DNA of 64,000 nucleotides from Polyangiaceae bacterium (GTDB lineage Bacteria; Myxococcota_A; Polyangia; Polyangiales; Polyangiaceae): NCBI GenBank assembly GCA_965222375.1, contig CBDCTZ010000011.1, positions 576,001 to 640,000 of the forward strand, read 5' to 3'. Shown piece by piece: positions 38,924 to 48,679 of this stretch (position 1 is its first letter; each line of letters starts with the position of its first letter). The notes under the pieces were generated by a model. It saw only the letters and a program-made list of their open reading frames with translations, ran no database searches and was not told where the DNA came from. The position numbers and the translations under genes were made by a program.

Positions 38924-40057
38924 TTACTTCCGGCGACGCCGAGCGCGCTTCTTGGATGCGGCTCGACCAGCTCCAAGCTCGCAGACGCGTTTCGCGTGGG
39001 CGGGCTCGCCTGTGTCCGGATCGAAGTTCACCCGGGCGTGTTTCCCTCGGGATTTGATTGCGGCTCGATCGTACGCTTTTGCCGCTTCCTCTTCGACGTC
39101 GAAGCTCCCAAGGTGCACTCTGCGATTGTCGATACTGATCGCAGCAGTCCAGCTGTCTCCTGAGGGACGCATGAATACGCCGCGATACTGGCTCGACATG
39201 GTGGTCTTCGTTTCGCATAGAGCTTCAGACTGAAGGGTTGTCGCGTCTGCCGGCTTCAGCTTTCCTTTCCTGTACTCGAAGTTCAGTTCGGCATCTTTGC
39301 CAAAGTAGAAGTAGGCTGCGCGATCGTGGGCGCGCGCTGCGGCCTCCTCGGTTTTCCAAGAGCCCAACCACACGAGCTCTCCTGGAAGCTGCACGAACGC
39401 GTTCCAGGGCCGCGAGCCTCCACCGGTCAGCAGCTTCCGGCGCCTGCCCTTACTCTTGCTCTCGTGCCGAGCCCCCTTGCGGCTCCCGTGCCGGTTGCAC
39501 CACGAAACCCCGGCATAGTCGCTGGTCCTGTGGCGGATCCTGAATTGTTTGCGAGCCAGGCGCTGCAGTTCGTCAGCAGACGCGGGTCCGAGTTTCGTGC
39601 TCATGCGGGGGAAGTTGAGCTCGATGGGCAGGCGCAGGTGCAGAGCGCCACGGTCCCGCGCGATTGCTGCATCTCGCCCGCTTTCCCAGCGTCCCAAGAA
39701 GACGTTGCTCCCGTCGAGGTTGACGAATGCCGCGAAGCGATTGGTCCGTGGCTCGTACAGAACGCCCGCCCAACGCATGCCCATCTCGCTCAAGCGGCGG
39801 CGGCGGGCTTGCCGCGCCTCGCGAGTCGACACCCCACACCGTGCTTTGCCCAACAACTCCTCGCCTGTTTCTGGGTCGAAGTTCAAGCGCGCAGCGCGGC
39901 CCTGGGTTTGAAGCGTGCGTCGGTCGTATTCGCGAGCGGCTTCTTTCTCGCTTTCAAACGGCCCGAAGTTCTGCCGTGTGCCATCGATCGAGATGCGACA
40001 CCACCAGCTAGTTCCGGTGGAGCTGACACCTCGGTACTTGCTTCGACGTCTTGCCAA
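38924..40057 (-). CDS. Protein with 4 tandem AP2 DNA-binding domains
   Basis: Four units of S(K/D/Q)YRGV..W..LG.F..EE.AA.AYDR....LNF; no nuclease domain seen. Confidence 0.88.
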   Translation of the reverse strand: MARRRSKYRGVSSTGTSWWCRISIDGTRQNFGPFESEKEAAREYDRRTLQTQGRAARLNFDPETGEELLGKARCGVSTREARQARRRRLSEMGMRWAGVLYEPRTNRFAAFVNLDGSNVFLGRWESGRDAAIARDRGALHLRLPIELNFPRMSTKLGPASADELQRLARKQFRIRHRTSDYAGVSWCNRHGSRKGARHESKSKGRRRKLLTGGGSRPWNAFVQLPGELVWLGSWKTEEAAARAHDRAAYFYFGKDAELNFEYRKGKLKPADATTLQSEALCETKTTMSSQYRGVFMRPSGDSWTAAISIDNRRVHLGSFDVEEEAAKAYDRAAIKSRGKHARVNFDPDTGEPAHAKRVCELGAGRAASKKRARRRRK

Positions 40058-40072
40058 TTCTCTGCGCGCCCT

Positions 40073-41419
40073 CTACGCCTTTCGGCGTGAAGCGGACTGA
40101 CGGGTGCGCCGTGCAACAGGGCTGCTCACGCGCTTGCCGCACAGCTCTTCGCCCGTCACCGGGTGAAAGTTGAGGTAGGCGCGCTTGCCCAGGTGCCGCG
40201 AGGCTTGAACATCATACCAGCGAGCGGCGGACTCTTCATCGTCGTGGACAGAGCTGTACCGCTTGCCTCGGCGGACGAAGTTGGCGCGCCAAACTGAGGA
40301 TGCGGGATGAAAAGTGACTCCGCGAAAGCGGCTGCTTGTTGTGGCTTTGAACACCGCGCGTGCTTCGGCCAAGAGGGTCGCGGCGTCCGCAGGCACGAGC
40401 GTGGACGCCTGCTTCGGGAAGTTCAGTCGCAAACGCTCTGGCACGTCGCTGTAGTAGAATAGAACTGCTCGGTCACGCGCCTGCGCGGCTGCCCGCTGCG
40501 AAGGCCACCTCCCCAAATACTTCATTGTTTGCTTGCCGCGCACCGTCAGCATCAGCTCCGCCCGCCAAGGCCGCGTCCTCTCGGAAGCAAGCAGACAGAC
40601 GCCCTCATAGCGACTGCTAGTGCCTTGCTTGAAGGGCTTGCGCGCAATCCGTCGTGCCTCTGGCAACGAAAGCGCCGAGCCGGCCTCCTTCGGGAAGTTC
40701 AAGCGCGCGTTCTTGCCGTTGCGCCACTTTTCTACGCGGTCGCGGATCAGGGCCGCTTGTTTCTCGTCGGCAAAGTGCCCGACGTGCCTGAACGTACCGT
40801 CTATACGCACCCTGACTGCCCAAAGCTCCTGGGCCGAGTCCCAGTAAACCCCCCAGAATGGGCTGCTGCCTCCTGTCAGCTCTTGGTGTCGAGCGTGGGC
40901 CAGCCGCCGGAGCTCGGCTACCGACGCGCCGCCCAGCTTCTTGGCTGCTCGTGGCAAGTTGAGCTGTACATCGTCGGCGCCGAAACCAAGCAGGGCTCGA
41001 TCACGGGCAAGCGCCGCCTCACGCTCGGTCGGCCAGATCCCCAGTGCAAAGGTCTTTCCCTCGAGCGTCACCCGCGCACTGAACGCTCCCTCCCGGAAGC
41101 CCTCGGTTTGGCGGGTTACGCCTTCGTATCGGACTCTGCCGCTGGCACGCCGGTACTCGAGCCGCGCTAGCTTTCGCAGCTCGGCCTGCGAGGCGGGGCC
41201 CAACTTCTTCGCACGTTTCGGGAAGTTCAGCTCCCGTGAGGCCCCGAGGAACAGCACCATTCGGTCGTGGGCCAGCGCGGCGCCTTTCTCTGTGAGCCAA
41301 ACGCCAGCATGGACTATCCGCTCGCCGACCCTGAACTTCGCCTGAAAGCTACCGCTGCGGCCACCGGAACGAACGCGCTGAACGCCGTTGTAGCGCGAGG
41401 TTTTGCGTCTGGCTGCCAC
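40073..41419 (-). CDS. Protein with 5 tandem AP2 DNA-binding domains
   Basis: Five units of SR(Y/F).GV...AA..RDR...LNFP with ~25 aa helical linkers. Confidence 0.88.
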   Translation of the reverse strand: MAARRKTSRYNGVQRVRSGGRSGSFQAKFRVGERIVHAGVWLTEKGAALAHDRMVLFLGASRELNFPKRAKKLGPASQAELRKLARLEYRRASGRVRYEGVTRQTEGFREGAFSARVTLEGKTFALGIWPTEREAALARDRALLGFGADDVQLNLPRAAKKLGGASVAELRRLAHARHQELTGGSSPFWGVYWDSAQELWAVRVRIDGTFRHVGHFADEKQAALIRDRVEKWRNGKNARLNFPKEAGSALSLPEARRIARKPFKQGTSSRYEGVCLLASERTRPWRAELMLTVRGKQTMKYLGRWPSQRAAAQARDRAVLFYYSDVPERLRLNFPKQASTLVPADAATLLAEARAVFKATTSSRFRGVTFHPASSVWRANFVRRGKRYSSVHDDEESAARWYDVQASRHLGKRAYLNFHPVTGEELCGKRVSSPVARRTRQSASRRKA

Positions 41420-41668
41420 GAGCAGGCACTCTACCGTTGGCAGGTAGGAGACGCCAAGGCAGATGGAACCTGTTGCCGTAGCCTAGCCGGCGTGCGCGGC
41501 ACTCTCTACTGCAAGGGCACGTGGCAGATACGACCGGCGCCGCTGCCGAAGGTGGGCGCTTCGTAGGCGCCAATTCCCGAGGCGCGCGCCCAGTGGCTCC
41601 GTTGTCCGAAGATCGGCAAAGTTCCGCGGCCCGTTGCACCCCATCGCCCCCCGCGCGAAGCTCCGCCC

Positions 41669-43915
41669 GTGGCACCGCGACGCAAGAGTACGCCGCACCG
41701 CTCCTGGACCCTCGCTGACCTGCGCAAAGCGGCCCAGGCGCATAAGGGCCGCTGCCTGAGCCGAGCATACGCGGGCCTAAACGAAGCCCACAAGTGGCGC
41801 TGCGCTAAGGGCCACGTGTTCGAGATGCGCGCCATCGCCGTCGTGAAGAGGAATGCCTGGTGTCAGACTTGCTCCGGGCGTCGTCCCCACAGCATCGAAT
41901 CGATGCAAGCTCTAGCCAAGCAGCACGGTGGCAAGTGCCTCTCGAAGCGATACGAAAACGTCGACAAGAAACTGCGCTGGAAGTGCGCCGAGGGACATGT
42001 CTGGGCATCCATTCCGTATCTGGTGCTCGGCGGCGCCTGGTGTCCGGCGTGCCGTTCTGGGCGGCTGCCCCCGGTGCAGATGCTGACGCAGATGCGAAAG
42101 ACCGCGCGACAGCGCGGGGGAAAGTGTCTCGCGGATGAATACGTTCGCGCCAAGCATCCCTACGAGTGGCAATGCAAGCACGGCCACCGTTGGACGCGCG
42201 ACTGGGATGGGATCCAAAGCGGCGCCTGGTGCCCCAAGTGTCGGGGCCGCTTGCCGCCGAAGGAAGCGCTCGCGCAACTGCAAGCCATTGCCAAGCGACG
42301 TGGCGGCGTCTGTCTCTCCAAGCGCTATGTCGGCGCCACCACCAACATGCAATGGCGCTGCGCCGAGGGCCATCGTTGGCGCACGGCAGCATCCAACATC
42401 CGCTCCGGGCATTGGTGCCACAAGTGTGCGGGCAACACGCCAGTCACGCTCCGCGAGGCTCGGCAGCTCGCTCGCAGTCGCGGCGGCAAGTGTCTCGCCA
42501 AGAAGATCGTCAGCAGCACCAAGCCCATACGCTGGCAGTGTGAGCATGGCCATACCTGGAGCGCGCCCACATCGCGACTGAAGTCGGGCAGCTGGTGCCC
42601 AAAGTGCGCCAAGGCACCACGCTACTCCCTGGAGGACATGCAGGCCCTCGCTGAAAAGCGGGGTGGCCAGTGCGTGTCTCGCCGCTTTCGATCGGTGAAT
42701 CACCACCTCACCTGGCGCTGCGGCGAGGGACACGAATGGCGCGCAACGGGGTCACAGCTGCTCGGCTCCGGCACCTGGTGCCCGGTGTGCTGGGGCCGCC
42801 AATTGGGAACCATCCAGCAAATGCGCAAGCTCGCCAAAGCACGCCGCGGCAAGTGCCTTTCCACCCAATACACCAACAGCACCACGAAGCTCCGTTGGCG
42901 CTGCGCCGACGGGCACGAATTTCTCAAGGAGCCAGTCAGTGTCAATCGCGGAGCCTGGTGTCCGTACTGTCGCAGGCGCGGTGCGAAGGGGATCGGGGCA
43001 TTCATTCTCGCGGAGCACAAGCGCCTCGCGAAGCAACGCGGCGGCGAATGTCTCTCGGACGCCTATCACCTCGCGTCCAAGCCACTGCGCTTTCGCTGCC
43101 AACAAGGCCACGAGTTTTCGGCACCATCCGCCACGGTGATGATGGGCGCCTGGTGCCCGGAGTGCGCCCACACCCGCAAGCCCAAGCTCGCCGAGATCCA
43201 AGCAATGGCGAAGCAGCGCGGCGGCAAGTGCGAGTCAAAGCGCTACGTCAACAGCCTGGAGCGCTTGCGCTTTGTTTGCGAGTACGGACATCGCTGGGAA
43301 ACTCGCCCCTCGAACATCCGCCGTGGACACTGGTGCCCCAAGTGCGCCCGCAGCAAGCGACGCGGTAGAGCCGAGCCGCTCTCCATCGAGGACATGCAAC
43401 TCAAGGCCGAAGAGCGTGGTGGCGTTTGCTTGTCGAAGGAATACGACTCCCAGCGTGACTACCTCGAGTGGCGCTGCGGTATCGGCCACGAATGGGAAGC
43501 ACAGGCCGGAAGCGTCTACGCGGGCAGCTGGTGCCCCCATTGCTCCGGACGCCAACCGCTCACCCTCGAAGCCATGCAGCGCTCCGCCCAATCCCGCGGC
43601 GGACGCTGCGTGTCCAAAGCCTACCGCGGCGTGCGCACCAAGCTCACCTGGGAATGCGCATCCGGCCACCGCTGGCGCGCAACCCCGCAGGCTCATCGCT
43701 CCGGCAGCTGGTGTCCACGCTGCCTCGAGACTCCACCCGACGTGGGTATTGCTCGAGTGTGCGCGCTTGCACGACGCCACGGCGGCCTCTGCCTCTCGCC
43801 CAACCACCCCTACGCGACCAAACCCTTGCGCTGGAAGTGCGCACGTGGCCATGTTTGGCGTGCGTTGGAATCAACGGTGCAAGTTGGCAAATGGTGCCCG
43901 CGGTGTCTGGATTGA
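41669..43915 (+). CDS. Protein made of 12 tandem ~60 aa zinc-ribbon repeats
   Basis: 12 units of A..RGG.CLS..Y......L.W.C..GH.W........G.WCP.C. Confidence 0.88.
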   Translation: MAPRRKSTPHRSWTLADLRKAAQAHKGRCLSRAYAGLNEAHKWRCAKGHVFEMRAIAVVKRNAWCQTCSGRRPHSIESMQALAKQHGGKCLSKRYENVDKKLRWKCAEGHVWASIPYLVLGGAWCPACRSGRLPPVQMLTQMRKTARQRGGKCLADEYVRAKHPYEWQCKHGHRWTRDWDGIQSGAWCPKCRGRLPPKEALAQLQAIAKRRGGVCLSKRYVGATTNMQWRCAEGHRWRTAASNIRSGHWCHKCAGNTPVTLREARQLARSRGGKCLAKKIVSSTKPIRWQCEHGHTWSAPTSRLKSGSWCPKCAKAPRYSLEDMQALAEKRGGQCVSRRFRSVNHHLTWRCGEGHEWRATGSQLLGSGTWCPVCWGRQLGTIQQMRKLAKARRGKCLSTQYTNSTTKLRWRCADGHEFLKEPVSVNRGAWCPYCRRRGAKGIGAFILAEHKRLAKQRGGECLSDAYHLASKPLRFRCQQGHEFSAPSATVMMGAWCPECAHTRKPKLAEIQAMAKQRGGKCESKRYVNSLERLRFVCEYGHRWETRPSNIRRGHWCPKCARSKRRGRAEPLSIEDMQLKAEERGGVCLSKEYDSQRDYLEWRCGIGHEWEAQAGSVYAGSWCPHCSGRQPLTLEAMQRSAQSRGGRCVSKAYRGVRTKLTWECASGHRWRATPQAHRSGSWCPRCLETPPDVGIARVCALARRHGGLCLSPNHPYATKPLRWKCARGHVWRALESTVQVGKWCPRCLD

Positions 43916-44129
43916 GGGCGTGCGGGACCTTGATGGGTGGCGCCTGGGGCGCCATCACGATGTGAATCGTGCTAGTTCGACGATTGATTGCGGGTTGCAA
44001 GGAATAGGTTGCCGGGCTTCGCTGGGCCTAGGTCGAGAGTAGCGGCCTAGTGACGCGCAGTGCTGCGACCCCCAACCCAACAATCGCACTTGGTGCTAGG
44101 AAAGCCACCAAGGTGCTAGACTTCCGTCC

Positions 44130-45092
44130 GTGGCCCGGGCCACGATCTTCCCAGTCCAGCGCATGCGAGCGAGTTGTCAAAAACTAGGACGCCGCTTTCT
44201 ACTCGCGGCCGCCGCTGCCTCGGTGGCGCTTTCGGTGAGCGCGCAAGCGCAGGCTAGGGGAGGCGCTGCGGCGCGCAAGTTCGAGAAGGGAACCGAGCTG
44301 TTTCGGCGCGGTGCGCATGGTGATGCGGCGCAGGCGTTCTACGAGGCGTATCGAATCACGCCCCATCCGGACTCCCTTTACAACGCAGGGTTGGCTTGGG
44401 AGCTGGCGGGTCAATTTGCCGCAGCGGCAACGGCCTATGAGATCTCCCTCAGTCAAGGTCTCGAGGCCAAGGCGCGAGAAGACGCGCGTCGACGCTTGCG
44501 GCCCCTGGTCGAACAACTCGGGCGCGTCGAAATCAGTGTGCCGGAGGGCTCGACGGTCCGCGTGGATCGCTTCGTCATTCGCAAGTCCTCGGTGACTCTA
44601 TACTTGGTACCGGGTCGACACCGCATCGGTGTCACGCTGCCGGATGGCACCAGCGCTGACCGCCGGGTCGTGGCCCGCGCCAACGAGACCAACGTGCTTC
44701 TGGTCGAGAAGCCCAGGAACTCCGACTCCGCAGCGCCATCACCGGAGCCGGAAGGGGCGCCGGTGGCTGACGACAAGCGCGATCTGGACGCCAGCGATGG
44801 AACTCCCCGCGTGATCGGTTGGGTGTCTCTGGGTGTGGCGGCTGCCGCGACGGGAACGGCGTTCGTGCTGGGGATTCAGGCGCTGAAAGCCCGCGACAAG
44901 TACGACCAGTCCGGTCACACGGACCGTGATGCTCGGGACCGCGCAGAAAACCTGAAGCTGTGGACCAACGTGGCTTGGGGCACCGCGGCGGTGGCGGGGG
45001 CAAGTGGTGCCGTGCTCTTGCTCGTCGTGCCGGCGGACACTTCGCAGGGGCGAGTGCCCGTGCGTGGCGTGATGGTTCAGGGCCGCTTCTGA
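44130..45092 (+). CDS. TPR / PEGA-like exported protein
   Basis: Signal peptide, TPR (AAQAFYEAYRITPHPDSLYNAG), beta domain, C-terminal hydrophobic hairpin and terminal GRF. Start may be 44163. Confidence 0.8.
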   Translation: MARATIFPVQRMRASCQKLGRRFLLAAAAASVALSVSAQAQARGGAAARKFEKGTELFRRGAHGDAAQAFYEAYRITPHPDSLYNAGLAWELAGQFAAAATAYEISLSQGLEAKAREDARRRLRPLVEQLGRVEISVPEGSTVRVDRFVIRKSSVTLYLVPGRHRIGVTLPDGTSADRRVVARANETNVLLVEKPRNSDSAAPSPEPEGAPVADDKRDLDASDGTPRVIGWVSLGVAAAATGTAFVLGIQALKARDKYDQSGHTDRDARDRAENLKLWTNVAWGTAAVAGASGAVLLLVVPADTSQGRVPVRGVMVQGRF

Positions 45093-45106
45093 GGCGCAGC
45101 TGCCGG

Positions 45107-46813
45107 CTACTCTGGGTACGGATTTCCTTGGAGCTCGGGCTTCTTGGGTTTCGGTGGCGGAGGCCTGCGCGGGAAGCGGACCGGAACCTTGCGCACCGGT
45201 TTCGGCTCTGAGCTGGGCATCAAGGGAAGCGCTGAGGGCTCGACCACAGGGATGGCAGCCGGGGCGGCGAGCGTCGGTGTCGGTACCGGCGTCGGTAGCG
45301 GTGCGGCTGCGGCGGTCCGAACGGGTGCAGGTCGCATCGGCGGTGGCTTGGGACTTTCCGCCGTTGGGCCGGCGCTCCTCGAAGAGGACAGCAACCAGAA
45401 CGCGATGATGAGCAGCGGTACGAAGACGACGCCGAACAGCAGGAGTGTGCGCACCGGACGCGAACCCGAAGCCGCCGGCGCGGTGCCCGCGAAGGACGGC
45501 CGTTGCCCGGTCACTTCCATGCCGTGGCCGTAGGTCGCGGTCTGTTCCTCCATGGGGCCGGAGCCGACGGGGCCGTGCCACACGGTTTGATCTCCCGCGG
45601 ACGCGGCGGGTGCTTCGGTCACCGTGGCGGCTGCGCTGGCGGCGAGGTTTCGGCTCGATGGAGGTGCCGATGGTCGCGAAGGCGGTGGCACCGAGGGCCG
45701 AGACGGCAAGGGGCCATGCCGCGGCGCGGACGTCATGCTGTCGGAGCTGGAGCGTGGGTCGAGGGTCGCCGATTGCGGGTCCACCGCTTCCAGGATCCCG
45801 TCGGCATCCTCCCCCGCCGCATCGAGTTCGGTGATTCTGCGGCGCCGAAGCTCGACTTGCTCGCTCACCAGAGGCAGCACGAAGGAACGCATTTCGCGGT
45901 GCGTCGCCGGGCTGATGCCCGCAGCACGAGCGGCGGCGGACAGGGCGTCCGCGAATGCTTCGGCAGTTGGGAAACGATCCTGCGCGTGAAGGCGCAGAGC
46001 TCGGTCCACGACGTTGGCCAGGGGAGTCGGCAGATCCGTGGCAACGTGGCCCAAGGGCGTGGGGGCTTCCCGAGCCACTTTGAGCAGCAGTGCGGCGTCT
46101 CCCAGTCCGTCGTGGATGCGGCGACCGCTGAGCAGCTCCCAGGCAACGATGCCCGCCGCCCAAATGTCGCAGCGACGATCAACGGCTTCTGCCCGAGCTT
46201 GCTCCGGTGACATATAGGCGAGCTTGCCTTTGATCAAACCGGTGCGGGTGTCGCCAACGTTGTGGGATGCCTTGGCGATCCCGAAGTCCGTCAGGCGAGA
46301 CACCCCGTCCACCCCAACCAAGATGTTATGGGGAGACACATCGCGGTGCACCAATCCCATCGGGTTGCCGCTCGCATCGGCGACTTCATGGGCCGCATGT
46401 AGTCCGGTCAGTACGTCTTCCAGCAGCCTGAGGCAGATGGGCCAGGGGATGCGAGCGTCATCGCGCTTCAAGGTGCGCACGACGCCAGCCAAGGAGTCGC
46501 CCTCGACGTAGTCCATCACGATGAAGACGCCGGGCCCGTCCTGCCCAACGTCCAAGACCGAGACCACGTTGGCGTGGCGAATTCGGCCGGCGAAGCGAGC
46601 CTCGTCGATCAGCGATGTGATGAACCCGGGGGAATGGCGTAGGTGCTCATGAGTCAGCTTGACCGCGACTTCGCGCTCGAATCCGGCGATGCCCCGGGCG
46701 CGACCCAGGTACACGGTTGCCATGCCGCCCGAAGCGATGGGCAGCAGCAACTGGTAGCGGCCGACTTGAGCTGGAAACGAGCCAGCCGCCGTGTGACTTC
46801 CCGAGAGCGACAA
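45107..46813 (-). CDS. Membrane Ser/Thr protein kinase
   Basis: IASGGMATVY, VAVK, HRDVSPHN, DFGIAK, YMSPEQ; TM segment and Pro-rich tail. Confidence 0.95.
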   Translation of the reverse strand: MSLSGSHTAAGSFPAQVGRYQLLLPIASGGMATVYLGRARGIAGFEREVAVKLTHEHLRHSPGFITSLIDEARFAGRIRHANVVSVLDVGQDGPGVFIVMDYVEGDSLAGVVRTLKRDDARIPWPICLRLLEDVLTGLHAAHEVADASGNPMGLVHRDVSPHNILVGVDGVSRLTDFGIAKASHNVGDTRTGLIKGKLAYMSPEQARAEAVDRRCDIWAAGIVAWELLSGRRIHDGLGDAALLLKVAREAPTPLGHVATDLPTPLANVVDRALRLHAQDRFPTAEAFADALSAAARAAGISPATHREMRSFVLPLVSEQVELRRRRITELDAAGEDADGILEAVDPQSATLDPRSSSDSMTSAPRHGPLPSRPSVPPPSRPSAPPSSRNLAASAAATVTEAPAASAGDQTVWHGPVGSGPMEEQTATYGHGMEVTGQRPSFAGTAPAASGSRPVRTLLLFGVVFVPLLIIAFWLLSSSRSAGPTAESPKPPPMRPAPVRTAAAAPLPTPVPTPTLAAPAAIPVVEPSALPLMPSSEPKPVRKVPVRFPRRPPPPKPKKPELQGNPYPE

Positions 46814-46863
46814 GACCGCAGGATAATAGCGCGGCTGCCGGCGGCGGGCCTCCAGTCCGTGCT

Positions 46864-47550
46864 ATGGTTTTTTCCGGTCAATTCGCGCGTTTATCGGGTG
46901 CCCCCTTGCGAGTTTGGTGGTTCGTCCCAGCTTTCGTCACTATCGGCTGCAGCTTCGAGCTGGCTCCGCTGGTGGAGCCCAGCCCGGACGCCGGGGCCAG
47001 CGGAGGGGGTGGCGGCGTCGGAGGGGTGTCGACGGGCGGCGGGGGCGCTTCAGGTGCGGGCGGAGCTGCCGGCGCGGGCGGTGCAGGAACTGGCAACGCC
47101 GGTGGCCTGGGCGGAGGCGGGACCGCGGGCACCGGCGCGGGGGGCACGGGCGCGGGGGGCACGGGTGCGGGAGGCACGGGAGCTGGTGGAGGACTGGGTG
47201 GAAGTGGCGCGGGAGGCACGGGTGCCGTTGGCGCTGGAGGCAGCGGTGCAGGTGGCACCGGCGCCACGGGTGGAACGGGCGGTGGCGGCACGGGCGGTGG
47301 CTTCATGTGCGAGAACGTCTCGCAGCTCGGCTTCGCCTGCCTGGTTCCGAGTCAGTCGCTGTGTGAATGCCAATCCTGCATCAACGTTTGTGTAGACCCG
47401 ATCGACAACTATCCAGAATCGGATTGCGTCTGCCCGGCCTGCTGGGGCCACCCCGAGTGTGGCTACTGCGACAACAACGGCAAGTGCGATCCCTTGGGTG
47501 AAAACTGCAGCTGCCCCGACTGCGCGCTGCATCCCCTCTGCAAGCCCTAG
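46864..47550 (+). CDS. Gly-rich, Cys-rich lipoprotein
   Basis: TIGC lipobox, GAGGT repeats, Cys-rich C-terminus; start uncertain. Confidence 0.7.
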   Translation: MVFSGQFARLSGAPLRVWWFVPAFVTIGCSFELAPLVEPSPDAGASGGGGGVGGVSTGGGGASGAGGAAGAGGAGTGNAGGLGGGGTAGTGAGGTGAGGTGAGGTGAGGGLGGSGAGGTGAVGAGGSGAGGTGATGGTGGGGTGGGFMCENVSQLGFACLVPSQSLCECQSCINVCVDPIDNYPESDCVCPACWGHPECGYCDNNGKCDPLGENCSCPDCALHPLCKP

Positions 47551-47563
47551 TGGACCCTCCGCT

Positions 47564-48679
47564 TCAGTCTTCGACGCTCAAAACGATCTCGTGGGCTTCG
47601 GTCAGATCTGGAACCGTCCAGCGCTTCAACATGCTGGACAGCACCGACTCAGGAACCGGCGCGTCCCGTTCGCGGTTGCGCCGGCACAGCACATCCCAGG
47701 GGACCTCGCAGTAGACGACCCGCACCCGGGCAGCGTAGTCCGCGAACAGGTCAATCAATTGGCGCCGCGTGCTGCGAGCCAAGTTGGTCGCATTCCAGCA
47801 GAACGGTGTGCGCTGCCGCAGCAACTCCCGGGCGCGCTGCTTGGCTAGCGTGATCACCTCTCCGTCACCCTTGCCGTGCGCCGTGCCCAGTTCCTGGCGA
47901 ATGGTGTCTAGAGACACGACTGGCAAGGGTCGCTCCTGAGCCGCAAGCCAGGTGTCCTTTCCAGAGCCGGGCAGCCCACACATCACGGTGACCTGGCCCT
48001 CGCTCGTGTCGTGAGCCGCGTAGTGCGGGTTGCGATCTTCGCGTCGAAAGTACTCGAAGCGACTGTGAGCCGAGGCGAAGGCGAAGGGCGCCGACAGGCA
48101 GTCGTTTTCACGGCTCAGCTCCCGGAATAGCTCGACGTTGTCCAACAGACGCTGCTGGTCTTCGCACTCTCGGCCGCGAATGTCGGCCTCGCAGAGCAGC
48201 GCTAGCAGATCGCAGCGCACGACCTGTGAAACCCGTATCACCGAGCCCCTGGGGCGTTCTTTGTCCATGACGAAATACGGCAGCTGGTGCACCTGGACCA
48301 AGCGCGCAACGAGTTCCCGCTGGGCAAAGGGCGCACCGAGCTGCCACAGGATGCGACGCGTCTCGATTTCCCCACGGCTGGAATGCCCTCGGGCGGTCAA
48401 GCTGCCGCCCTCCTCGCGGGTGCACTCGGGCTTTGCGACGTCATGGAGCAACGCCGCCCAAAACACGGCCGTGCGATCTTCTTCTGGAAGGCTTCGAAAC
48501 TCTGGCAGTTCCGCCAGCGCTTCACACACCATCCTGGTGTGAATCCAAACGTCGCCTTCGGCGTGATGGGTCGGATTCTGAGGCACGCCTTGCAACGCGC
48601 GGATCCAAGCGTAGCGATCGTGGAGGCTCTGCCAGTCCAGCGCGAAATCCGGCGGCGCCGGGCACACGGGCAAGCTCAT
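47564..48679 (-). CDS. HD-domain phosphoesterase fused to P-loop polynucleotide-kinase-like domain
   Basis: HHAEGDVWIHT, LLHDVAKP, ADIRGR; GLPGSGKDTW, SLD, WNATN. Confidence 0.88.
   Translation of the reverse strand: MSLPVCPAPPDFALDWQSLHDRYAWIRALQGVPQNPTHHAEGDVWIHTRMVCEALAELPEFRSLPEEDRTAVFWAALLHDVAKPECTREEGGSLTARGHSSRGEIETRRILWQLGAPFAQRELVARLVQVHQLPYFVMDKERPRGSVIRVSQVVRCDLLALLCEADIRGRECEDQQRLLDNVELFRELSRENDCLSAPFAFASAHSRFEYFRREDRNPHYAAHDTSEGQVTVMCGLPGSGKDTWLAAQERPLPVVSLDTIRQELGTAHGKGDGEVITLAKQRARELLRQRTPFCWNATNLARSTRRQLIDLFADYAARVRVVYCEVPWDVLCRRNRERDAPVPESVLSSMLKRWTVPDLTEAHEIVLSVED

Noticed and set aside
38924..43915. Homing or restriction endonuclease genes
   Set aside because: The repeats fill nearly the whole proteins; no HNH, GIY-YIG or PD-(D/E)xK motif was recognised.
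46990..47300. Functional tandem DNA repeat
   Set aside because: Explained by the coding Gly-Ala-Gly-Gly-Thr linker.
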